Source of the DNA: a virus
Taxonomy: Duplodnaviria; Caudoviricetes
Direction: 5' to 3' (one strand)
Virus record (IMG/VR): IMGVR_UViG_3300047375_000738
DNA length: 64,000 bases
Shown: one piece after another, positions 49,801 through 58,090 of the stretch
How positions within the stretch are numbered: position 1 is the stretch's first letter
Layout: each line of letters opens with the position of its first letter
Program-made: the position numbers and the translations under genes
The notes under the pieces: model-generated
Databases searched by the model: none
Told to the model about the DNA's origin: nothing
What the model saw: the letters and a program-made list of their open reading frames with translations, nothing else

Positions 49801-49922
49801 ATTACCATTTCCTGTACGAGCCGTCTAGCTCGTGTGTGCCTGAGTTTGACCATGCCCACGCTACACAGTTGTACCATGCATAGTGTGGGTGTTGCCTGAG
49901 TTGTTTGTACCATTGTGTAAAC

Positions 49923-49951
49923 AATATAACACGTTTCTTAAAGTTTGTCAA
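49923..49951 (-). promoter_or_regulatory. sigma70-type promoter upstream of uvsE
   Basis: TTGACA-17-TATATT; includes the TGA stop of the upstream gene. Confidence 0.7.
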
Positions 49952-50760
49952 CGCCAATTTTCTATTACCCAAGGATCATTACAATCACTTGGGTTTGGCC
50001 TTCCGTGAAATACTGCAATGCTTTGATCCTTCATTATTGTTGGATACCCAATTGTTTTAAAGTTCCTGACACCGTTTTTTAGTTCTAGATCTCGTCTATC
50101 ACGCATTTCCCACTTATAACTGCGTACCCATTCTTCAGGCCAATATTCCCAAGGTCTGCAATTACGATACATCCAATCCTGGTCTCCTGGCATACGATGT
50201 ACTATACTGTCTTTTTGTGATATAAACTGTGCATACTGCGACTGTCTTGAACCGATGTGCATACGAAAAACACTACTGTTAATCCTATCCCAACGAGCTC
50301 GCATACTACGATTAAAATCTCTAATAACTACAAAGTCTTTTTTAGGCTCATAATCAAAGAATTTATCAAGGTTGTCGCATATAACCACATCAAGATCTAA
50401 AAACAATAGTGTGCCTCTAAACGGCAATTCATTACTAAAGAACCAAGGTTTGTACCACCAGCCTTGTACTCGTGGTATATCTGGCAATGGATGCGTAGTT
50501 ATGTCTTTATCAATACCGTTAGTGTTTTCAGTAAAACAATGGAATTTTATATTTTGCTGAGTATGTCTTTTGCACATATTGTTAAGTTTGTTAACATACT
50601 CAGAACTATACTTATTACCCCACTTGAGACAAACAATATGCTTGTCATTGCTTGGCGGTAGCTCTTGTTTTACAGGTTCAACCGCAGGCGCCTTTTCTAA
50701 CCTTTTACGTGCTTTGCGTTGGTCTTTTGTCTCACCGGGTATATAGGTTTTAACCTTCAT
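49948..50760 (-). CDS. GT-A fold glycosyltransferase (GT8-like)
   Basis: CLKWGNKY, WWYK, FLDLDVV (DxD), NSSV, GDQD, VFHGRPNP; start revised. Confidence 0.75.
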   Translation of the reverse strand: MKVKTYIPGETKDQRKARKRLEKAPAVEPVKQELPPSNDKHIVCLKWGNKYSSEYVNKLNNMCKRHTQQNIKFHCFTENTNGIDKDITTHPLPDIPRVQGWWYKPWFFSNELPFRGTLLFLDLDVVICDNLDKFFDYEPKKDFVVIRDFNRSMRARWDRINSSVFRMHIGSRQSQYAQFISQKDSIVHRMPGDQDWMYRNCRPWEYWPEEWVRSYKWEMRDRRDLELKNGVRNFKTIGYPTIMKDQSIAVFHGRPNPSDCNDPWVIENWR

Positions 50761-51196
50761 AGATTGCGCTGTTTGCTCCGTGTTCTGCACACTCGCAACT
50801 TACAACCCAACAACGTCCGTTGCTCATTTCGCTTACAAGTTCTTGTGCTTTGTTAAAAGCATGTTCAGCAAACTTTTCTACACCAACACCATCCAAGATG
50901 TTTAGCTCTGCAAGTCCTGCATCTTCTAGCGCACGAAAGTTATCCAATGCCCAGTCTTTGCTGTCTAGTACAACTTTGTGATCAAAGTTATCTTCAAGCC
51001 ATTTCTTTAGTGGTTTCAATCCGCCAAAGTCTACTACCCAGTTACGTTCATCTAATTCGTTGCAACTAAATGTAAATTTAAATTGTAAACTGTATCCATG
51101 TAAGAAACGGCAGTGTGAATGATCTGCGTGTGGTTGTCTAAAGCAGGCGCTTAAACCAATGTTATGTCCATATGTTTTTGTGCTGTAATAAGCCAT
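50750..51196 (-). CDS. queD: 6-carboxytetrahydropterin synthase QueD
   Basis: CRFLHGYS, WVVDFGGLK, EKFAE, EHGANSA. Confidence 0.88.
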   Translation of the reverse strand: MAYYSTKTYGHNIGLSACFRQPHADHSHCRFLHGYSLQFKFTFSCNELDERNWVVDFGGLKPLKKWLEDNFDHKVVLDSKDWALDNFRALEDAGLAELNILDGVGVEKFAEHAFNKAQELVSEMSNGRCWVVSCECAEHGANSAIYEG

Positions 51197-51252
51197 GTAT
51201 TCTCCTTGTAAGGCGGCAGAGTTAGAAGGGTTGACGCTAAGTCCTTAATAGC

Positions 51253-51281
51253 AGTATACTATAGTTTATTTATTGTGTCAA
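51253..51281 (-). promoter_or_regulatory. sigma70-type promoter for queD
   Basis: TTGACA-17-TATACT. Confidence 0.8.
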
Positions 51282-51284
51282 GTA

Positions 51285-51749
51285 TTAACGTGGGTCTACT
51301 TTTAAATAGATGTTATCAAATTCTTGCTTTTTGTGTGTTTTGAATATCAAGTGTACACATTCGAACTCACCTGTCATACTAACACGATACTCGCCGCCTT
51401 CTTTCATATCATCCGGTACGGCCATATGCCAGCCGTTTTCTACACGGTCGCCTGGTGCTGTTGCTTGTATGTAGCGTTTTGTAAAGGTGTTTAGTTTGTG
51501 CGAGTGTGAGCCGTCTGTTGCGTGTGCTACACCATATACGGCTGTGCTGTTGCACTGGAACTTCTTTGACCCTACCATATAGAACTCTATATCTTTGTCT
51601 TTAGTTATTGGATTATTCGTAATGCCGATTTCTGTATCTGTAAATACAAATGCATTGTCAAAACTGACGTACAACACACCAACTACTATAAGTGTTGCCA
51701 AGCTAAATCCGCTCATAATATTTAGAAGTACTATTCTAACTGGGGCCAT
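51285..51749 (-). CDS. Membrane-anchored hypothetical protein
   Basis: N-terminal TM segment plus soluble domain with two Cys. Confidence 0.55.
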   Translation of the reverse strand: MAPVRIVLLNIMSGFSLATLIVVGVLYVSFDNAFVFTDTEIGITNNPITKDKDIEFYMVGSKKFQCNSTAVYGVAHATDGSHSHKLNTFTKRYIQATAPGDRVENGWHMAVPDDMKEGGEYRVSMTGEFECVHLIFKTHKKQEFDNIYLKVDPR

Positions 51750-52044
51750 TTCGTTCCTCTTCCAATGATTTCCTTATATCCTTGAGATCTTGCTTTACCT
51801 CTATAAGATTGGTAGTTGCTGAAGACATTGTCCTGATAATGTATTTAACAGTTATAATGGTCCAAAACCACCATGTGACGGCAGTAAAGGCAAATAAGAT
51901 CATACCAATATTAAACAAGGTATCAAACGATGTAATACCTATTGTGAGAGATATACCCCCCGTAACAAGAAAAATCGTTGGGGCTACTTTTGCGTAGATA
52001 TCCCAACGATGTACTTGTCTTTCAATTTGTGAATTTTTGTCCAA
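51736..52044 (-). CDS. Two-TM membrane protein
   Basis: TTG start; late promoter ATAAATA at 52100-52106. Confidence 0.55.
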   Translation of the reverse strand: MDKNSQIERQVHRWDIYAKVAPTIFLVTGGISLTIGITSFDTLFNIGMILFAFTAVTWWFWTIITVKYIIRTMSSATTNLIEVKQDLKDIRKSLEEERNGPS

Positions 52045-52131
52045 ACAACTTTTCCTTCGGCCTTTTGATAACGGAGGCTCGTGGCGAACTCCTATACTAT
52101 ATTTATTGTTGGCTAAAGATCTATTAAGTAC

Positions 52132-52500
52132 TCAGTCAATTTCTTTCCAAAATTCACCAAGTCTTATTTTGTAGTCATTTTTATCAATAATTTCTACATT
52201 TGTTACACGATCGTAACGAAAACTACGAAATCCTTTTGCTTCAACTGCCCACACTGCACATACCTTGTCTGATATTTCACGCACTTTCTTTTGTGTGATT
52301 GCATCATCTTTTTTAGCAGGAGGAAGAAACTGTGGAATAAGTGTACAAGGCATTACACGCTCGTCACCATTTAATTTCTTAAATGTAACTATTGCCACTT
52401 CCTTTTGGAGGAGTTCCATTAACTCCTCCCTTGTAGGAATACCTTTGAGTGCTGCTACTGTATCAGCGACTTTCAACGACTTTGTCTGCGAGTCCTGCAT
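52132..52500 (-). CDS. WYL_2/Sm-like domain protein
   Basis: [17 protein letters not shown]...[15 protein letters not shown]. Confidence 0.7.
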   Translation of the reverse strand: MQDSQTKSLKVADTVAALKGIPTREELMELLQKEVAIVTFKKLNGDERVMPCTLIPQFLPPAKKDDAITQKKVREISDKVCAVWAVEAKGFRSFRYDRVTNVEIIDKNDYKIRLGEFWKEID

Positions 52501-53080
52501 CGACTGCCTCCTCTGCTGATAAGAACGTATCAAACTTCATAGTATCAAACAATTCTTCAAACGTTTTTCCTGCACTATTATGTTTTACATATAACTCAGT
52601 TAGACGTCTATTAAGTCTCTTACCTTCGTCAAATGAACGAATAGCATCTTCCATTTGTAGTTCTTGTACGTGTACACTGCCGCTTGTGCCTCTGGTGCCA
52701 CTTGACACTCTATGAATCATTGTACGGCTTTCAGGTAGTACATAGCGTTTTCCAGCTTCACCTGCTTGTGCTAGGAAACTGCCCATGCTTGCTGCTTGAC
52801 CCATTACCATTGTGTGTACAGGTGCTTTAACAAACTGCATAGTATCATAGATAGCAAGTCCTGCTGTAACACTACCGCCTGGGCTGTTTACATACAACTT
52901 AATAGGCTTTTCAGAGTTTACACTTTCTAAGTATAGCATTTGTGCTACAATTAGATTAGCCATGTTGTCTTCAACAACACCTTGCATCATAATGATACGG
53001 TCTTTCATTAGACGACTGTAGATATCATAACTACGTTCGCCTTTGGATTCTGATTCTACTACAATTGGTACTAGGGGCAT
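52463..53080 (-). CDS. clpP: ATP-dependent Clp protease proteolytic subunit ClpP
   Basis: YDIYSRL, NSPGG, AASMGS (catalytic Ser), [13 protein letters not shown]. Confidence 0.95.
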   Translation of the reverse strand: MPLVPIVVESESKGERSYDIYSRLMKDRIIMMQGVVEDNMANLIVAQMLYLESVNSEKPIKLYVNSPGGSVTAGLAIYDTMQFVKAPVHTMVMGQAASMGSFLAQAGEAGKRYVLPESRTMIHRVSSGTRGTSGSVHVQELQMEDAIRSFDEGKRLNRRLTELYVKHNSAGKTFEELFDTMKFDTFLSAEEAVDAGLADKVVESR

Positions 53081-53091
53081 GTTTTATCCTT

Positions 53092-54291
53092 TTAATAAAC
53101 TTTTAGTATTATGGTGTCTGCATTAAGTCTACCGTTTAACTTAATGTCTGTGGTTTTGATTTCATCCATGAATTTACGTAATTTGACCTTGGATGCTTTT
53201 TTGAACTCTTTGAGTGTTTCATCAGGTTTACGAAGTGTTTTTTGGATACTAGATTTTTCGTTATAGTGTAATAGTGTTGTGCCTTTAACACGTATAGTTG
53301 CATGTTCATCTGCAACGTACTTTCCTAATTTGCGTGTCTTAATATTGTACACCCAAACTTCTTTAGAGTCAATTAGTTCAAGCGGATTGACACTTACAAT
53401 TTGCAGTTTATCATCACGCTCAAGATACTTGAGTTTAGCAACCATCTTTTCTTTGCTAGGAGGTGCTTTCTTGCGTGGCTTGCGTGTAGCTTTAGCAGCG
53501 TCTATAACAAGGTCACAAGCGCCGTGTAGCGTCTCTAATGCTTCTAAGTATGCTTTAGCATCCTTTTTAGTAAGGTGGCTGTAGCCTTCTCTAAGCTGTG
53601 CTAACATGTCGCTTTTTAGAGGATCTTTTTCTCTGTTGATTTCGCCCGGTGTAGGAAGTTTTTGTATTAGTTGTGCTTCTTTGTATTCGTTATCGTAATA
53701 CTTTTTAATCTTACGTGCATGAGCTTGTGTGACTTTCATTTTAGCAAAATGTTTAGTAAAGTCAAAGCCTTTAGGATCAAACTTTTTCTTGTCGGTAATA
53801 AAGCCGTCTAGCCATTCTTCGATTGCATCGCAGGCATCTTGTGCTTGTTCTGCAATACGTTCTTGTATACTAGGGACGTAAACATTTTTCTTTGTTTTGT
53901 CAACTGCTTTCTTTTCTTCTACTAGAGCTTCGCCTTCTTCGGCAAGTGCAAGAATCCATTTATTTAATCCAGTCACATGCCCTTCTGGTACAAGTTCGCT
54001 AAAATCATTTTCTATAAGATATGCCGCACAAGCCCAATGACTCTTCCCACCAACTTTCCAATCTGGTAACTTATTGATGGCGGAGACAATTTTTTTATCA
54101 TATTTGTTTTTGATATATAGTTTACAGCGTGTAAGCCATTCTTTTGATTCAACTTCATAATGTGTATAATAGTGTGCTTTAATCCAAGTCAATTTTTTAG
54201 TAGGCATCAGCGGAAGCATATTTGCTCCTCGACGTACTGCTCTTACTGTTTTCTTTTTAGGTTTTGCCGCTGCTTTGTTAGCTCGTGCCAT
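53092..54291 (-). CDS. Conserved large-phage hypothetical protein
   Basis: 399 aa; C-terminal WVYNIKTRKL...QKTLRKP...GRLNADTIILKV; sigma70 promoter. Confidence 0.65.
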   Translation of the reverse strand: MARANKAAAKPKKKTVRAVRRGANMLPLMPTKKLTWIKAHYYTHYEVESKEWLTRCKLYIKNKYDKKIVSAINKLPDWKVGGKSHWACAAYLIENDFSELVPEGHVTGLNKWILALAEEGEALVEEKKAVDKTKKNVYVPSIQERIAEQAQDACDAIEEWLDGFITDKKKFDPKGFDFTKHFAKMKVTQAHARKIKKYYDNEYKEAQLIQKLPTPGEINREKDPLKSDMLAQLREGYSHLTKKDAKAYLEALETLHGACDLVIDAAKATRKPRKKAPPSKEKMVAKLKYLERDDKLQIVSVNPLELIDSKEVWVYNIKTRKLGKYVADEHATIRVKGTTLLHYNEKSSIQKTLRKPDETLKEFKKASKVKLRKFMDEIKTTDIKLNGRLNADTIILKVY

Positions 54292-54314
54292 TTGCCACTC
54301 CTTAGTTTTGTTTA

Positions 54315-54343
54315 ACTATATAGCCAAGAATACAGATTGTCAA
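54315..54343 (-). promoter_or_regulatory. sigma70-type promoter
   Basis: TTGACA-17-TATAGT; includes the upstream TGA stop. Confidence 0.8.
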
Positions 54344-54726
54344 CCGAAATCAAATAAATCTTGCGGATCTCCAAACGCTCCCATAGTATTTTCCAGTGAA
54401 GGTTTAGGCTTTGATGCCTTCTTTTTACGAACACTGCCTGATTTTGTATAAAACTTTTTACGTACTGCGTCTAAGCCGCCTTCGACTCGACTTGGATATT
54501 CTCCTAAAAAACTACCTGCTGCTAGATCATCTTTGTTAATATGATCTTTATGAAAGTGTTCTATTTCATCCCAACGCTCTAGCATAACCTTACTCATGTT
54601 ATCAAAGAACGCATCTGAAAATATACTATCGTCTTGCTTATAGTAAGCAAATGATGCCATAAGATACCATGGCACCATCATGTTTATATTATCATCAAAG
54701 ATTTCTTGTGCTTGTGAATCTAGCAT
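54340..54726 (-). CDS. Stand-alone domain resembling the NAD-ligase N-terminal (Ia) domain
   Basis: AYYKQDDSIFSDAFFD matches YY...DxxxSDxxYD of LigA domain Ia. Confidence 0.55.
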   Translation of the reverse strand: MLDSQAQEIFDDNINMMVPWYLMASFAYYKQDDSIFSDAFFDNMSKVMLERWDEIEHFHKDHINKDDLAAGSFLGEYPSRVEGGLDAVRKKFYTKSGSVRKKKASKPKPSLENTMGAFGDPQDLFDFG

Positions 54727-55141
54727 TTTACACCAATGGACATTAGCATATTACGAGCCATTGTTACACCAGTTTTTTCAACTTCTTCTTCGCAAAGTTC
54801 GTCAACTAGCAACTGATGCAGTGTTAATGCCATTTCAAGCTCTTCTTCGTTTAGCTGTTGGAACCAAGACACTAGCTGTTCGTTTGTATCACACTGCCAC
54901 ATTGTGTCTAACATTCTGCACTGTTCTTCAGTGAGCCCGTCGATCCTCATAGATTAAAAGGTTCTTTGTAACCTTCCTCAACAAGACTTGCAAAATATTC
55001 TTGGGCACGATCTAAGTCGTGATAATCGTGCTGCTTTTCAAACTCAAACGCATCAAAGTGATTAAACACTGCCCGGTTATCGTTGACTTTAACCAACACA
55101 CTGTTAGCATTTTTTTGTAATACACATTCTTTAAGTTTCAT
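54720..55141 (-). CDS. Two small hypothetical ORFs (54720-54950, 54947-55141)
   Basis: Start/stop coupled. Confidence 0.45.
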
Positions 55142-56327
55142 CGTTACCTACCAGTTTTGCTATCTTAGGGTTGACATCTACAAGTGCAGTATTGCCCTTA
55201 CTGTCAAGTTTACTTATAACATATCTACGCAGATTGTCAACCTCTTTTCGTGAATTTATTCGCCAATTTTTGTTTTTTATTTCTTCAACATGCTGTGTGT
55301 CTATAAACTTACTAACTTGCTGATCAATTGAGTTGTTGGTTAAAAACTGTTTTATGTAGTCTTTTTGTGCATAGCTTAACAAACTAATATTGTAATAGAT
55401 AGGATCGTGGCAAAAATTAACATTTACGCTTTCATGCGGAATACCTACCTTAGTACACCATTCAAGCATGTCAGTACCGCTTAGACAGTTTAACAAGCTC
55501 ACAGTGTATGTTATACGTATGTCAATGTCCTGCTGTAATGCGTGTACAATGTTATCTTCAACACGTTGCCATTTAGCAGGCGGACGTTGGTATTCGTAGT
55601 TAGCGCCTATATCGTCAATACTATAATGCAATTGTATGCGTTTAAACTGTGCAAACTGTTCTAGCAATTTATCTGTTAGTTTAAAGGTACCATTGGTATG
55701 ATATTTAATCCAAATATCTTTTGCTTTGTCTTGTGCAATTAAATGCTCTAGTAATTGGTTGTGTTCTTCGATTAAAAATGGTTCACCGCCGCTCAAATAT
55801 AGTACTTCTGCATTATTGCTTATGTTTAGAATACTATTCCAATTATCCTGCTGTTGTACCCAATTTTTTCCGTAGCTAGGATTTATAACCTGGCCAAATA
55901 ATTCTAATTCAGTAGCTTCCCACTTTTTTGTAAATTCACTATTGCATATCTTACATTTTAAGTTACAATGATTACCTAGTTTAACATCAAAAAGTACAGG
56001 GTTTGGAGCATCAGTTGAATCCATAAGGTGTAAATGTTTGCCGTGTATTTCAAGTTCACGCTGTCTGCGACTTAGTAAGCCTTGGTCTTCTTGGCTAAAG
56101 CATTTGTTGCATCCTGCTGGCCGTTCGCCGTTGATGTATTGCTGTCTTAGTGCTTTGTATTCTGCATTGTTCCAAACAGTTTCTAGTGTTGTATCTTTGT
56201 TGTTTAAATCTAGTTTGTTGCCCTGTTCGTCTGTAAACTCATACAAGTATTCGGCACAGGGTCTTACATAGCCTGTTGCACATACTTCAATTTGTGTCCA
56301 CGGTACAATGCACTTAGGTAATGTCAT
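55131..56327 (-). CDS. Radical SAM protein with N-terminal Twitch/SPASM-like domain
   Basis: CIVPW...RPC...CNKC, then NHCNLKCKIC, GGEP, TNGT; start revised to MTLPK. Confidence 0.85.
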   Translation of the reverse strand: MTLPKCIVPWTQIEVCATGYVRPCAEYLYEFTDEQGNKLDLNNKDTTLETVWNNAEYKALRQQYINGERPAGCNKCFSQEDQGLLSRRQRELEIHGKHLHLMDSTDAPNPVLFDVKLGNHCNLKCKICNSEFTKKWEATELELFGQVINPSYGKNWVQQQDNWNSILNISNNAEVLYLSGGEPFLIEEHNQLLEHLIAQDKAKDIWIKYHTNGTFKLTDKLLEQFAQFKRIQLHYSIDDIGANYEYQRPPAKWQRVEDNIVHALQQDIDIRITYTVSLLNCLSGTDMLEWCTKVGIPHESVNVNFCHDPIYYNISLLSYAQKDYIKQFLTNNSIDQQVSKFIDTQHVEEIKNKNWRINSRKEVDNLRRYVISKLDSKGNTALVDVNPKIAKLVGNDET

Positions 56328-57048
56328 ACTTGTCCCGTAAGAAAGGCATAATAACTTTTTCAGAAAAGAGTTTGTGCTGATAATTTCCAGGATGAGGATC
56401 TCTTGGATGGGGGAAACGGTCGTTACAATTTTCAACACACCATCCGTGTTCACTACTCACAGGTAAAAAATATTCAAAATCTATCATGTCTTTGAGATAG
56501 TCGTGCTGGTAATTTGCACGATCATCAGGCCTGTCTTTTAATACTTCATCTGTATAAGTGGTCATGAAATATTTAATATTATAATTTTGTAAAAACCACT
56601 GTGTTCTCAATATGTTTTCATAAGCATATATACTATCGCTTGGATGATTTTGATATCTCTTATACCAATTCTGTGAAAACAAACTATTAAATCCTACACC
56701 AATTAACACCCACCAACTTTGTTGTTGGGCATGTACTTGAGGCCATAAATGAGGACTGGTATCGCTATCAAACGGTTCGCATATTCCTAATCCTTCAGGC
56801 TTATCAATTAAAAATGCTCTACGTTCTTTGCCACTCCACATTATACCAACCAACATGTCTTCAGGGTTAACCCCTGCTTTTAAACATTCGTTTACTTGCC
56901 AAATAACTTTTCGACTAATTAAGTCGTTGCCCGAACTACCCACACCGGTTTGGTAATGAGTGTCATATTGTAGTCTATCTTGTAAATGCACAGGCCAGCA
57001 CATACTGTCAGCACTGAAGCTGCATCCTCCAGTAATTAATACTTTCAT
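56314..57048 (-). CDS. SGNH/GDSL-like protein
   Basis: GGCSFS...W...GVGSSGNDLI...MWSG. Confidence 0.55.
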   Translation of the reverse strand: MKVLITGGCSFSADSMCWPVHLQDRLQYDTHYQTGVGSSGNDLISRKVIWQVNECLKAGVNPEDMLVGIMWSGKERRAFLIDKPEGLGICEPFDSDTSPHLWPQVHAQQQSWWVLIGVGFNSLFSQNWYKRYQNHPSDSIYAYENILRTQWFLQNYNIKYFMTTYTDEVLKDRPDDRANYQHDYLKDMIDFEYFLPVSSEHGWCVENCNDRFPHPRDPHPGNYQHKLFSEKVIMPFLRDKYDIT

Positions 57049-57200
57049 TTGTTATCAATTCTTCCTTTGGTTCCACAATGTGGGCAATGCCAAGTTGTTC
57101 TGTCTGCACAATACTTGTCTTCCATTGTTGCAAACGTAAACCATCCTTTACATTTTATACATGTTAGATGCCAAATAATTTCTTTATGAGCTTTAAACAT
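57045..57200 (-). CDS. 51-aa zinc-ribbon protein (not in ORF track)
   Basis: MFKAHKEIIWHLTCIKCKGW...CPHCG; TATAAATA at 57206-57213. Confidence 0.6.
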   Translation of the reverse strand: MFKAHKEIIWHLTCIKCKGWFTFATMEDKYCADRTTWHCPHCGTKGRIDNK

Positions 57201-57214
57201 AAACATATTTATAT

Positions 57215-57292
57215 TGGTCGGGGATGCAAGATTCGAACTTGCGATCTTCTGCTCCCAAAGCAGACGGATTAACCAGACTTTCCTAATCCCCG
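57215..57292 (-). tRNA. trnP: tRNA-Pro(UGG)
   Basis: Cloverleaf CGGGGAT/ATCCCCG, loop TT-TGG-GA, TTCGAAT, A73, encoded CCA. Confidence 0.92.
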
Positions 57293-57294
57293 TT

Positions 57295-57371
57295 TGGTGC
57301 GCCCGGTAGGACTCGAACCTACGATCTACCCGTTATGAGCGGGGAGCTTTAACCAACTAAGCTACAGGCGC
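57295..57371 (-). tRNA. tRNA with CAU anticodon, most likely Ile2 (lysidine, reads AUA)
   Basis: Loop CT-CAT-AA. G1-C72, so not initiator. Has the TilS-type determinants C4-G69, C5-G68 and C29-G41. Encoded CCA. Elongator Met is not formally excluded. Confidence 0.85.
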
Positions 57372-57375
57372 AATT

Positions 57376-57449
57376 TGGCATCGGTGCAGGGAGTCGAACC
57401 CCGGCTTTCAGTTTTGGAGACTGACGTGCTACCGTAACACTTCACCGAC
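57376..57449 (-). tRNA. trnW: tRNA-Trp(CCA)
   Basis: GTCGGTG/CACCGAT, loop CT-CCA-AA, G73, encoded CCA. Confidence 0.9.
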
Positions 57450-57486
57450 AAAAAAAGCCCCTAATAAAATTAATTACTAGGGGCTT
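57450..57486 (-). terminator. Intrinsic terminator (attenuator) immediately 5' of tRNA-Trp
   Basis: AAGCCCCTAG-loop-TTAGGGGCTT; a run of 7 T follows GGGGC and ends one base before tRNA-Trp G1. Confidence 0.85.
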
Positions 57487-57514
57487 GTTGAAATAACTTT
57501 TTAAAAAGTCACAT

Positions 57515-57577
57515 TCAAGACGTACCCCGGTTATTCGGTGGCCAATATATTATACATATTGATATAGTCTTGAGCAT
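57515..57577 (-). CDS. Putative attenuator leader peptide MLKTISICIIYWPPNNRGTS (20 aa)
   Basis: AAGGA SD, then ATG CTC AAG ACT ATA TCA ATA TGT ATA ATA TAT TGG CCA CCG AAT AAC CGG GGT ACG TCT TGA. Confidence 0.75.
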   Translation of the reverse strand: MLKTISICIIYWPPNNRGTS

Positions 57578-57604
57578 GTTAAAATTCCTTATTTCTTACG
57601 TTCT

Positions 57605-57612
57605 TATTTATA
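57605..57612 (-). promoter_or_regulatory. T4 late-type promoter TATAAATA feeding the leader and tRNA operon
   Basis: Perfect TATAAATA, 27 nt upstream of the leader ATG. Confidence 0.75.
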
Positions 57613-57619
57613 TAAAATG

Positions 57620-57821
57620 ATAGGTTGGACTCTGTGAATACCAACAACCCCTTTGTAGAGCCACGCTCAAAAACAGGGAGCTTCATATTAAACGGTTACG
57701 TCTAAAAATACAACTTCGTATCTCTACGCTCTTGCATTGCCACTACAGCTATGAACCAAGTTACAACCTCTACGGATTGCCATTCCTTGCACTATCTAAC
57801 TTAGGATATCTCCTAACTTAT
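57620..57821 (-). ncRNA. Candidate structured non-coding RNA, class unknown
   Basis: Starts at the predicted TSS of a sigma70 promoter; no credible ORF; several hairpins. Confidence 0.4.
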
Positions 57822-57827
57822 GTACTT

Positions 57828-57856
57828 AATATAACAGCCTTTACTACCATTGTCAA
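57828..57856 (-). promoter_or_regulatory. sigma70-type promoter
   Basis: TTGACA-17-TATATT. Confidence 0.8.
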
Positions 57857-57871
57857 CCACTTTTTTGCATT

Positions 57872-58075
57872 TTATTTAAAATTCTTTTCAGTTCCGTCAG
57901 TTATTTTCTTTGCTAATCTGTATGGGAGGAACCCAAACATAAAAGGAAAAAATGCATGAATAATTCCTGTGATAAAAACTAATAGTGCTATACATGCAAA
58001 ATATACGGCATAGAAAAGATGCTCAAAATATGTTGTGCTTGCTTTCTGTAAATGCTTAAAATCAAATATTTTCAT
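57872..58075 (-). CDS. DUF6356-like small membrane protein
   Basis: HL...TYFEHL...IHAFFPFMF; SD AAAGGA. Confidence 0.6.
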   Translation of the reverse strand: MKIFDFKHLQKASTTYFEHLFYAVYFACIALLVFITGIIHAFFPFMFGFLPYRLAKKITDGTEKNFK

Positions 58076-58090
58076 ATGATTCCTTTGTTA

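Noticed and set aside
52045-52106. Hairpin GGAG...CTCC in the leader of 51736-52044
   Set aside because: A single short stem after a late promoter; not enough evidence for a regulatory RNA.
57295-57371. Calling the CAU tRNA initiator Met
   Set aside because: It lacks the C1:A72 mismatch and the three consecutive G-C anticodon-stem pairs. Elongator Met remains possible but is less likely given the TilS-type pairs.
57620-57821. Assignment as tmRNA, RNase P RNA, SRP RNA or TPP riboswitch
   Set aside because: No tRNA-like ends or tag ORF, no P4 GAGGAAAGUCC, no SRP helix-8 motif, and no CUGAGA/ACCUGA TPP core. Left as an unclassified candidate.
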